A stretch of DNA of 63,093 nucleotides, the filler included, from Octopus bimaculoides (Eukaryota), in the NCBI RefSeq assembly GCF_001194135.2. It is 3 parts of 3 records of this genome, joined end to end, with 100 filler letters (N's around TTAATTAATTAA, not from the genome) between each part and the next. Parts side by side here need not be neighbours in the genome. Positions count along the whole stretch, not along the records: positions 1 to 28,438 come from NC_068986.1; positions 28,539 to 57,699 come from NC_068990.1; 1 more part is not named here. One strand, given 5' to 3'. Each line of letters starts with the position of its first letter. Position 1 is the stretch's first letter. This document shows positions 24,894 to 36,837 of the stretch, one piece after another. Below the pieces are notes generated by a model. The model searched no databases. It was not told the origin of the DNA and worked only from the letters and a program-made list of their open reading frames with translations. Both the position numbers and the translations under genes were made by a program.

Positions 24894-26989
24894 AGCATAT
24901 TGCCTCAACCCTCCTTGCTTTTAATAAATAACTTACCCCTGTCAATAACTTGAACAAGAACCTTTTCAAAGATATTCTAACATATCTTTATTATTACTGG
25001 AGGGTGGTTGTGCACTGTATGTACCGTGTGATCTGGGGTGTTCAATTGACAGGTTTTTTTTCTTTTCTTGTCTCTCTTGTCTGTTCCGCCATATCTGTCA
25101 AGTGTTTCTATGTTTATTTGTATAGTATAGTATATAGTCGTAACCATAGTCATTCTGAAATATATGTACTGTCATGGATCCTTCACATACCCAACCGACC
25201 GAGTTTGACGCTTAATTATAAGACAACAAGACTGCCACAAGAGATGGATACATAATCCTATCTGTGTAAATTTTATAAGTGCAATCTAGTAATCTACTGT
25301 TCATCTCTTTAGCGTTCTATATAAGAACGTCCGAGATTATTGTTACTTAGCCGTTGTAATACGGTGGGGATGATACACGTTATTAAGTTTCGATCGCACG
25401 CCGACGAATATTCATATTGAACGTTCGATCGACTACTATTTTGAGCAGAACGTGGCTACACGTTTTGATCATTGAAGGACCGAAGAGATCCCTTATACTT
25501 TATTTTTATGCTAAGTGCATCGCCGCCTTTTAATTAAGCATTTTATTTATATGAAGAAACTCACCTCGTACAGCAACAATAACACAGATCCAAATTTTGC
25601 GTTCACGCTAAGTTCATTTCTCGAAAATGTTCTCCAAATTATTTCCGTTGGGGTTTCTCTGATTTTTTTTCTTTTTTTTTNNNNNNNNNNNNNNNNNNNN
25701 NNNNNNNNNNNNNNNNNNNNNNNNNNNNNNNNNNNNNNNNNNNNNNNNNNNNNNNNNNNNNNNNNNNNNNNNNNNNNNNNNNNNNNNNNNNNNNNNNNNN
25801 NNNNNNNNNNNNNNNNNNNNNNNNNNNNNNNNNNNNNNNNNNNNNNNNNNNNNNNNNNNNNNNNNNNNNNNNNNNNNNNNNNNNNNNNNNNNNNNNNNNN
25901 NNNNNNNNNNNNNNNNNNNNNNNNNTATATATATATATATATATATATATCTGTCTGTCTGTCTGTGTATATACCTATCTATCTATCTATCTACCTACCT
26001 ACCTTCATATAAACATATACATATGTGTGTGTTTCAATGTATGCATGTGTATTAGTGAGTGTATGTATACTCACTGTATTTCCGCATTTCTGTTCACGTT
26101 AGTCTAATTCTCTTGCAGTACTAATTTCAAATTCTTTATATCTTTGTTTTATATCTTATCACTTTCATATGATACTTGCATGGGTTCTTCTGTTCGAAGT
26201 CTACAGTCCAGTATCTCAAGGTAATTTACTCTACACACTTTTAAGTAATATTTAATTTCGTATTTCACAACTGACACATATTTTTGCCCTTTTTTTTTAT
26301 CTTCAAAAATTAATCGGGTCACCAGTTCTAGCCGTTTACAACCATCTATAATATTTTACAATGAAATATTCTATATTCTGATATTAAAAACGTCTAGGTT
26401 CAAATGAATCTTGTTTTTCATGTTCAGATGTATTGGAAGTGTGTGGTACTGGAAGTGTATACACTTCCGGGATTTCTAGTTTTATGAACTTAGAAAATCT
26501 TATTCGGTTCAATTGTACTAAATGAATGTTGAATGTTCCGGATTTTAGATTCAGTCCTATTGTGTGGAACCTTGTGCTAGTGTCTTCTACTATACCTTCG
26601 AGCCCAACAAATGCTTGTGAGTGGATTTGGTAGACAGAAATTGAAAGAAGCCCGACGTTTATATATGTATATGTGTACTTGTGTATGTGTGTGCGTGCGT
26701 GTGTTTGTTTGTTTTTTCGTGATAGCGTTCTCGTGTAGCGGTTCGTCAAAAGACGCCGATAGAATAAGTGCTAGGCATGCAAATTATATAATGACGTCGG
26801 ATCATTCGACTAAAATCAAATGTACTATACAGATGGTACCATTCTGTTGCGAACACAGCAAATATTGTTTTTCTTTCCTTCTTTCAAACAAATGAATTCT
26901 TTAAAGGAAGCAAGTCAAGTTTTATGAAGCGTGTCCTCCGTCAATTTTAGCATTCGTATTCATGAATATGCTGGTTGTTACTGCTTCAC

Positions 26990-26997
26990 TGTTATTG

Positions 26998-27029
<32 letters not shown>

Positions 27030-27049
27030 CACTCCTTCTCCTTCTCCTC

Positions 27050-27083
<34 letters not shown>

Positions 27084-27103
27084 CACTCCTTCTCATTCTC
27101 CTC

Positions 27104-27146
<43 letters not shown>

Positions 27147-27185
27147 CACTTCTTCTCCTTCTCCTCCCACTACTACTACTACTCT
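26990..27185 (+). repeat. Higher-order trinucleotide repeat: 3 x [(ACT)n ACC ACT (C/T)CT TCT CCT TCT CCT CCC]
   Basis: Direct inspection; one frame reads (T)n-PSPSPP three times. Confidence 0.9.
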
Positions 27186-27494
27186 TCACAACAGACACTA
27201 TATTTTTTTATCAGTTTGTAGTAACCGATAGTAACTGCATTAAATTATTAAATGCTACACAGTATTTATTACTTGGGAGTAATTTTATTTTGCTGTATGA
27301 AGGTTTATATCTAGAATTTTAAACAAAAAATGTCTTTTAAGACAACAGACAACGCTACATGACACATAGACGACTTTCAGGTTTCATATTTTTTGAAGTT
27401 CTCTCTGTCTTTCATGTTATTTCTTATTCTCATTATCTCAAATTCAAGGCTAATATTTTTGTTTAATCTAAGGAAATCATTGTCTATACACAGT

Positions 27495-27565
<71 letters not shown>

Positions 27566-27962
27566 GCCGTCTTATGCCACGGCAAGTTTAGAAGCATGTT
27601 CAATGGTGAACGAAAAGCCGTCACTTTTCTTTCTCTCTAACAATTTTGAAAAATATCTGAATACTTTGAATTACGAATACCTGTGGATGAATAATGTTAA
27701 ATATATTTTAGAGTTATACATAATAATTTCCCCCCCAAAACATGGGAGTATACTGCCGATGATTGTAATATAACAAATTTAAATCAAATAATTTTTTTAA
27801 AAGTTGATATATTTAATTTGTCTATTGAACATGTAACTAGTTTAGTATTAACCACTGTAATAAACTTTATCCATCTCGCTCGCCCTCATATGAAGGCAAC
27901 TTGGTTATTCAACACACACGGATGCTTAGTTTTCTAACTGCTCTTCTCTCTCCCTCTCTCTC

Positions 27963-28080
<118 letters not shown>

Positions 28081-28177
28081 TTCGACATTAGTATTTCGCT
28101 AGCTCAGTCGTAATTTCATAATGTAAACATATCTACTGATAGACTGTATTTAATTAAGCCATTCATCAACTGAGTAG

Positions 28178-28229
28178 TCACTTCTGAAGAGTCTGCAATT
28201 TTACAGACGAAGCTAGTCTAGTCCAGTGA
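28178..28229 (+). ncRNA. Type I hammerhead ribozyme-like motif (HHR-2), two core deviations
   Basis: Stem I UCACU/AGUGA; core CUGAAGA 28184-28190; stem II GUCUG/CAGAC with canonical G10.1-C11.1; GAAG instead of GAAA; stem III CUAG-U-CUAG; GUC cleavage triplet ending 28223. Positions 1.1/2.1 are a C.U mismatch. Confidence 0.6.
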
Positions 28230-28438
28230 ATGTATGAGAGTGTGCTTCTATGAAGTCCTAAGGGTATTAACTCTTATTTCTAGCAAGATAGTTGCTCTTC
28301 AGCAGACTCAGACACAATAACAGATGACTGAACTTTCCTTTTTGGTTTTATATCGCGCAAAGCTGCCTACGTTATATATATGTACATGTACTTATGTGTG
28401 TGTGTGTGCTTGTGTATGTATGTATATAATTATATATA

Positions 28439-28538
28439 NNNNNNNNNNNNNNNNNNNNNNNNNNNNNNNNNNNNNNNNNNNNTTAATTAATTAANNNNNN
28501 NNNNNNNNNNNNNNNNNNNNNNNNNNNNNNNNNNNNNN
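28439..28538. other. Synthetic 100-bp scaffold join N44-TTAATTAATTAA-N44
   Basis: Counted 44 N + 12 nt + 44 N; an identical construct is at 57700-57799. The 12-mer gives TAA in all six frames. Confidence 0.9.
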
Positions 28539-28834
28539 ACAAGACACGACTTCGTTAAAACAGTCCTTCCTGCAAAGCAAATTAAATAAAATTTGGGATT
28601 TTTTGCGGAGGGTGAAAGTGGTAACAAAAATAGGACAGTGAGAACAAACAGTGAAAACAAACGGTGAGGGCTGTTGAGCAAAGGTGATGTGAAGTGCTGA
28701 ACGCTGGAAAAACGAGCTTTGAGAAGAGACAGATAAAAGCACGTCTTGTCTTTAGGAAGGAAGTGGAAGAAAGAGAGAATGGCCGTTAGTCACGTGTAAT
28801 CAACGAGCGAGTCAAGGAGGAAGAGTGAGAGAGA

Positions 28835-31715
28835 GAGGGGGAACATTTTCACGAGATACCTATTCAGGCAGGTAAGAAGAATATTTACCAGAACCTTGCC
28901 AGAAGCTGATAGTAGAGCAGTACCTTTGTAGTTACCATACATTATTCTGGTTCCTTTTCCTTTATAGAGAGGAAGAACAATTGCATTCTTCCAGTCCTTA
29001 GGCATTACACCATCCCTCTAGACTACACTAATAAGTTCATGAATGGACTGTATGATGTAATCACCACCAAATCGCAAGACCTCAGCACAAATTCCATTCC
29101 TTCCAGGTGCCCTACCAAGATTCAATTTACTTATTGCTGTCATTACCTCATCTATTGAGGGCGTGGAATTTAAGGAGCCAATGATAGGTCCTTGTTGCAT
29201 TGTATCAATCATTGTTTCATCCACAACTGACTCATGGTTCAGGAGTTCAGAGAAGTGTTCAATCCAGCGACCTGTGATTTTTGTTGATTTAATAAATAGA
29301 GTAGAAGATTCCTTGGAAAGCAAAGGAGCTGATGCAGAGCTCTTAGGCCCATAAACTTGCTTCATAAGATGGTAAAGCTTCTTGCTATCGTTTGCATCAA
29401 CAGCAGCCTGAACATCACGAGCAAGATCCTCCCACCAAGTGTTCTGCATCTTCCTGAAAGATCGCTGCAGTAGTAATTTTACACTGTTATAGTGGGAAAG
29501 TGCTAGATTTCGCTGTACAGCTGAAAGACCTATGTGCAGCAATACATTATGGGCATGGCACTTTACAACCAATAGTCACTGAACTTCAGTATCATTTTCA
29601 TCAGTCTCTGTGACTGGCAGTAGCATATCCCAGTGTTTCAGCAGCACATTGAAGAACTTGGTCTCGAAAATCTTCCCATGCTGCAGTATTTTCAATGCTG
29701 GACAAGCGAGTCTGAAGCTCTTTCCCCAACACAGCATCATATATCTTGTGGACATTCAGACGCCAAAGAATGCCAACTGGTCCTCTTCCCTCTTTCACAC
29801 TAATCATCAGCCGGAACTTTGCTCGCATCAGACTTGACATTACAAATGTCATAGATGTTACGCTTGCGTATGATGACATAATCCAACAAGTGCCAAACTT
29901 TAGACCGTGGATGCATCCACGTTGTTGTATGATCACCTTTGTGCATAAAATGAGTGCTTGCGATGTGAATTCCATATTCATCGCAAAGCTCCAGCAGCAT
30001 GAGACCATTGCTATTCCTTTTCCCTACACCAAAGCGTCCTAGAGAGTTACATGTTTGCCAGTCTGTTCCAACCCTGGCATTGAAATCCCCCAGTAGAATT
30101 ACTTTATCAGAATTGGGGATTTTCCTAAGTATGGCTCTCAGCTGGGCATAAAAAATAGTTTAAGTTTAATCACAACTAGTCAAAGTGGGTGCATANNNNN
30201 NNNNNTGGGCATAAAAAATAGTTTAAGTTTAATCACAACTAGTCAAAGTCGGTGCATAGGCACTTAGAGTAGCAAACTGCCCACCTTTCAAGTGCAATCA
30301 TAGAGTCATTAGGAACAGGAACCTCCTCCAACTTCTTAAGGATATTAGATCGAACTGCAAAGCCAACACCAGCCTCTCTGCGCTCCTCCTTCAACATCCC
30401 CTTCCAAAACATGGTGTGTCCACCTCTTACTTCCTCTAGCTGACCATTACCTTCTATACGAGTCTCTGAAAATGCAGCTGTATCAATGTTATAGCGGTCA
30501 GCTCGCGAACAACAAGTGCAGTGCGTCTCTTTGAGGCCTACAATCACTCTCGTTATCCAACAGAGTGCGCACATTCCAACATGAAATTTCAAGTTCCATT
30601 CAGATTTTGTAAAGAAAAGTCTCTTTGTTTTTCGAGTGCAGAGTGGACATCCGTCAGTCGCGCTAAACTGACCAGATATAGAAATCTTTAAACTAATTTT
30701 TGGTTCACCTTTTCTAGAACCTCCCCGGCTTCTGGGTGAGCAGTACCCTCTCCAAATAGAGCTGCACAGACACCCATGCAACAACCGAATCCTATTGCTG
30801 TCTTGACGACGAGGAGACGACTTTATATCTAGCAATGGGCCACCTACATGCAGGTCGCTGACTACATGCTTCCAACCCGTCAGGTCTGCATGCTTCGCCA
30901 CCTTCCCATCGCCGCAGGACTTCCGAATAAAAATAAAATAAATATATACTAAATATATATATATATATATATATANNNNNNNNNNNNNNNNNNNNNNNNN
31001 NNNNNNNNNNNNNNNNNNNNNNNNNNNNNNNNNNNNNNNNNNNNNNNNNNNNNNNNNNNNNNNNNNNNNNNNNNNNNNNNNNNNNNNNNNNNNNNNNNNN
31101 NNNNNNNNNNNATGCAGGTCGCTGACTACATGCTTCCAACCCGTCAGGTCTGCATGCTTCGCCACCTTCCCATCGCCGCAGGACTTCCGAATAAAAATAA
31201 AATAAATATATAGACGGCGGAAAAAGCAGAGGCCAGCAATGTCTGTGCAGAGTTTTAGATCCAATAAGGCTTGCACGACACCTCATAGACCCTCTCCACT
31301 CTATTGACATTATCTAGAAACAAGCCAGAGCAAGATATCTGGTGCCAATATGAGTTGCAGGTTCAGAGATGTGGGAGCGCCATGATCTCTAGCACAAACC
31401 AAAGATCCCCAAAATGTCCAATGCCATTCCTTGCATATCTGGTTTTATATCAGAGTGACGTTCTCCTAGTTGTCTTCTAGCACGCCGCACACCATGCCGG
31501 AATTTCTGCGTACCCGTGCTATTGCTAGATAGCCGTTGAGCCTGCACTGGTTGGTCCGACCTTTCAACAGGTCTCGTTTTTAATCCTGCTGGGTTTCTAG
31601 CAACCCTCCTCACCAGGGTAGCCTGGTGAGGTTGCCGGTTCAGTCGCCGACAGCCCGACCATGCAACAAGTTGTACTGGATTCCATGTTACCAGTAGCCT
31701 TATAAGTGACCTGAC
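28835..31715 (-). mobile_element. RTE-clade (BovB-like) LINE, degenerate: long 5' region, APE endonuclease, start of RT; 3' half missing
   Basis: DRYNIDTAAFSETRIEGNGQLEEVRGGHTMFWKG...EAGVGFAVRS (APE); THFMHKGDHTTTWMHPRSKVWHLLDYVIIRKR; MQNTWWEDLARDVQ...RWIEHFSELLN...KLNLGRAPGRNGICAEVLRFGG; PKDWKNAIVLPLYKGKG..YGNYKGTALLSASGKV. Multiple frameshifts. The 31210-31715 part lies beyond a gap and may be a separate copy. Confidence 0.9.
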
Positions 31716-31752
31716 ATACATACATACACGCATATATACATACATAAAAAAT

Positions 31753-31848
<96 letters not shown>

Positions 31849-32084
31849 CGGGTTTTCTGCTTTCAGTAACAGAAAGAAAGTACTTCACTAAATGGAAAAT
31901 TTATCTTGTATGATATATATTTATTTAGGTAAATTTGAATTTAAATTTCATTTTGTTCAGTCCTGCTTGCGTGTTGGAATGCCCTCGAAGAAAGGAGATG
32001 CTCTTGATAAGTGAATACTGTAAAATATAATTAAAGAGAAAGAATCCTTATACCGTAGCACAATGCTAAATTAAACACAGTGTT

Positions 32085-32300
32085 GATATACAATCTATCC
32101 ATCATCTCCGCCTACTATTCTGGGGAGGTCGTGGAGATAGAGTTTTCAGGTACCTCCTCCACAGAGTCCGATGAGAAGCAAACGTCATTACATTTACAGG
32201 CTGGATTGCCACGCGTGACCAACTGAGATTATGAATATTATCCAACTATCTCGTTCTAGATCTACCCCTAGGGTTCCTACCGGTTTGCTTGACTTGAAGA
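32085..32300 (-). mobile_element. RTE-type LINE 3' end fragment (same family as 58212-58700)
   Basis: NPRGRSRTR*LDNIHNLSWSRVAIQPVNVMTFASHRTLWRRYLKTLSPRPPQNSRRR*; the nucleotide sequence is similar to 58450-58620. Confidence 0.78.
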
Positions 32301-32947
32301 ATCCATCTTACGATTTTTTTTTTTCTTGCAACATTTTAATATGTCCGTAATACCGGAGCTGTGACCTTTCAATGCCCAATAACGTTACTCTAGAGATCCT
32401 TCGAAGGAACACCAAAACCTGCGCTTATATTTGCGATCGTACTCTTATGACTACAATAGAGACAAACAAAATTAAGCATCTTTTAAATATGAAACTAACG
32501 GTGAAATATTCAAAATCTGCTGGTAATATCTACCTAATATAAACGGGATGCAAGAGATGACCCGGAGAATGAGAGTATGAGAGTCAAGAACTGCTGATGT
32601 TGGTATTGGTAACTTTACTGTTCTTAAAAACCGGCAAAGAACTCAAATGAAAAAAAAAAGGAAGCTGGATAATTTTATACATACATATATATGTATATTC
32701 TTAAACGCATATATATATACTTACACGCATACGCATACGCATGCGCACAAACACACACACTCACACACTCACATATGTACATATATAGATATATATATAA
32801 CACATGCGTATGTATAAGTATATATAACCATATAAACTTACATTTCTCATTTTATCTACTATAAATGTGTTTAGCTACTCTTAAATTATGTACGTATGTA
32901 TGTATGTATGTCTACACACACACACACACACACACATACACGCATAT

Positions 32948-32981
<34 letters not shown>

Positions 32982-34204
32982 TCAGATACACTATATATAA
33001 GTGTGTATGTGTGTGTTTACATATATGTTTTTATATTTCCCTGTATGTATTAACGAATGTATTCATTCATGCACGCATGAAAGTTTATATGTGCTTGCAC
33101 GCACGTATGTATATGTGTACATGTATGTATGTACAATCTTTGCTTGCATTCTTATAATGTATATACACATATATCAACAATTCTGAGATGGCGTTAAATT
33201 AAATAGTCTTGAAAATAGTAAATAAAGATATACTGACTACGTATTACTCATAGCTGAATACCCTGGAGTATTTCAAAATAACTCTAGTTACGATAAACAA
33301 ACTTTAAAACCGCTGCTACAGTTCTTTTATGCAATTTTTAATCTTATTTTTGTATGGCTTACTCGTTAAAAGACTATTTTCAAGGGACAGAGAAAAAACT
33401 TCTCTTCCCTGGCCAGAATGCCTGCAACAAAGTAGATTCTGATAAAATTATCTACGAACCGGACTACTAAACAGAGTGATCAGTTAAATTTCGTAGTCGA
33501 GCTAAGAGATTATCATCTTAATATTATGTGCTATTGTTATTGCTGTTACTACCAAAGTTAACCTCGATGGAAGAGACCTGTAATTAAAGACATTTAGCCC
33601 TATCCTTTTCAATTCTTTTATGTGTTTTAAGCGTTAGATTGTAGTTATGCTGAGGTTTAATGGAACAAATTCCCAGCCTTGAGCAGTCAACGTTCGGTGT
33701 GTGTGTGTGTGTGCGCGCGGGGGGGTGTCTCTGTGTGTGTATGTATCATGTGTAAGAGCACGGCAAAAGACTTATAATAAGGTACAGACAAGTTAGAGTT
33801 AAGACCGAATCAAATTTCTAAAATCCAGCATCAAACAACGGAAGATGCAATCCAGGACAGGCGATTGATCGTGCAGATAACAAAATTCAACTAAAATATA
33901 TATAGTGTCTCCCGTCGATTTACATGTGCAAACCAATTAGCAAAGTTGATCAGTTTATAACACAGCAAGCTTCTATAGAACTAATGAATGTTGATTTAAT
34001 AGTTCTAATTTAAAGTCTACAATTTCGCTGAATTCATTTGTACATTATTTACATGGCTTGTTGTTTTAGACTTTGAAAGGATTTTTCAAGAGGTGTACTG
34101 CATATTTATATGTATATGTGTGTACATATGAGCCAGTAACATATGAATGTATATGTGTATACCTGTGTACGTAGTTTAGTAGATATTTATCCACATATGT
34201 ATAA

Positions 34205-34235
<31 letters not shown>

Positions 34236-34544
34236 NNNNNNNNNNNNNNNNNNNNNNNNNNNNNNNNNNNNNNNNNNNNNNNNNNNNNNNNNNNNNNNNN
34301 NNNNNNNNNNNNNNNNNNNNNNNNNNNNNNNNNNNNNNNNNNNNNNNNNNNNNNNNNNNNNNNNNNNNNNNNNNNNNNNNNNNNNNNNNNNNNNNNNNNN
34401 NNNNNNNNNNNNNNNNNNNNNNNNNNNNNCTCCAACAGAAAGGAACACGAGGAAATAAACAGAGCGAGAATAAAAAAAACTTTGGGAGCTAGCGATCAAC
34501 CATGGCAGCTCGTACATATATATATATATATATATATTATTTTA

Positions 34545-34655
34545 TTCTTTTACTCGTTTCAGTCCTTTGACTGCAGCCATGCTGGACCACCGCCTTTAGT
34601 CGAATAAATTTTACACTGTTATAGTGGGAAAGTGCTAGATTTCTAGTATCTCTTA
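34545..34655 (-). mobile_element. SINE family B 3' fragment interrupted by a 37-bp LINE-derived patch
   Basis: TACTCGTTTCAGTCCTTTGACTGCAGCCATGCTGGACCACCGCCTTTAGTCGAATAAAT, then 37 bp identical to 29475-29511, then TAGTA/TCTCTT. Confidence 0.75.
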
Positions 34656-35399
34656 TAAAAACATATATACGTGTATGTTCGTATATATGTTTGTATTTGT
34701 GTGTACATAAGTATATATGGATGCTTACACGCGCGCGCGCTTTTAAGTGTGTGCACATATGTATGCATGCATGTATGTATATCGTTATATATGTACGTGG
34801 ATCTAGATGTATATCTATATTTGATAACTATAAACTGAATACAGTATGGACTGAAGTCCCTGTTGACAGGTCACTAGTATGTCGTTCTAGCTGCTGAATT
34901 TAAGTTTACTAATTTAGTCGGTCCAGTGTTGCGACATCACTTTGGTGCAACAGTCAGCATAACTACACGGTTTACAGTAGACGCAGCAATTAAATCCCGT
35001 CCCGCGATGCTAAACTTTCTTCCGTCTCCACCCGTATGATACATACATACACATATATATAAACACACACACACACACACACAAATGTATGTATATATAT
35101 GTTTGCCACTGCATATTTGCGTGTATATGGGTGGGTGTGCATACACGTACGCGTATAGGTATATGTTTGTCTAGATACCTGTACACATACACAGGCATAT
35201 GTATTGAGACACTCAGTCGTTTTTATGCGTATAATTGTGTTTGTGTGTGCTTGTTAGATATCTTGTAGTTGTATCTTTGTTGTGAGAAAAGGAAGTGACG
35301 AGACGTAACTAAATACCACAAAATGTTGTGCTTTTTTTCTTTTTTTGTCGATGCTCTAAATGATTCTGCTTTCCACCATTCTGTCTTTATAAGCATTCG

Positions 35400-36050
35400 T
35401 TCTACTCTAGGTACAAGACCCGAAACTGTGATGGAGGTGGTCTAGTCGATTGCATCTAAACCAGTATTATCGACCACTGAAAGAATGAAAGGCAAAATCG
35501 ACCCCTAAAGATTGAAAGGCATATTATCAACCCCTGAAGGAATGAAAGGCAAAGTCGACCGCGACAGAATTTTTAATTCAAAACCATAAAACCAGAAGAA
35601 ATGCATTTTGTCCGATGTGCTCACCGCCAGCTCACTGCCTTTCTTGCTATGAATATCGGTTTCAAATTTTGGCATAAGGCCAGTAATTTTAAGGGAGGAG
35701 TAAGTCGATAACATAGACACCAGTGTTCAACTGGTACTTATTTTGTCGATCTCGGCGGAATTTGAAGTCAGAACATAATGACGGGCGAAATACCGCTAAG
35801 CATTTCGCCCAGCTTACAAACGATTCAGCCATCTCGTCGTCTTTATTCTTGATATGAATATTAAAACTAGAATAAAGTGGTGAGATGGCAGAATCGTTAG
35901 CATGCCAGGCGAAATGCTTAGCGCCATTTCGTCCGTCTTTACTTTTTGTTCAAATTCGACATTGCCGTTCATCCTTTCGAAGTCGATGTAATCGACTTAA
36001 TCCTTTCCCCGAAATCGCTGGCCTATTGCCAAAATTTGAAAACAATATCT
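35400..36050. mobile_element. Cluster of three family-A SINE copies (two minus, one plus); the last two form an inverted pair
   Basis: Minus copies at about 35400-35640 (with an internal ~28-bp triplication at 35470-35553) and 35655-35840; plus copy at 35878-36050. All are homologous to 59439-59672. Confidence 0.85.
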
Positions 36051-36139
36051 AAACTAGAATATTTTTTTTTAAACTGAAACTGAAAAATTCATAAGATACA
36101 TCGTTCTTTGCACATCACCATATTTCGTCTATACCTCTA

Positions 36140-36720
36140 CCATATTACCCCAAATAAAACACTACATCACCGTCACCACCACCTCTACCACTCCACTGCT
36201 GCCACCACCGCCTTCGCCTCCATATCACCACCACATGTAGGCCATCAATAATACACCAATAGCACCGTTACCCTACCACCACCACTTGCACACACATTAC
36301 ATCTACGTGACTATCACACCACCGCAACAAGTTCACTACCAAAAACCGCCGCCACTACAACCACCATCTCAATCTACTATCTGCCATCATATCTGCACCA
36401 TCACCTTCCCTTCCCCCATCAGCACACCACCACCATAACTACTACCACAACAACAACTTCCACCATCACTGCCAATACTGCCATAGCCACCATCACCACC
36501 GCCACTTATATTGAGTGTCAGCCGTCATTAGATACATTACCTCTCACTGTGTTTGTTTATTAATCTTTAGCCAAAAGCCACCTGTCTCCCGTTTGTCACT
36601 TTGTCACCACCATCCCCACCAACACCACCTTCACTACCACCACCGCAAACTACTACCACATCATCGTTTACACTACCATCACTACCACTCGCATCATCGT
36701 CACATCACCTGTAACACATT
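36140..36720. repeat. Degenerate (CAC/ACC)n low-complexity tract
   Basis: Direct inspection; no continuous reading frame. Confidence 0.8.
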
Positions 36721-36837
36721 CCTTGCGCCAGGTCAGCTTTGACTGAGCAGACCTAAGAACACCCCTATCTTTGTTTTTTCGTTCGTTTACTGCATATTTA
36801 TGACTACGGTATTAAATGTCTTACCTTTTTCAAAGCG

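Noticed and set aside
28255-28325. Minus-strand CUGAAGA-GCAA/UUGC-UA-GAAA
   Set aside because: There are two extra bases before GAAA, a register shift in stem III and no stem I; the segment overlaps a common dispersed repeat.
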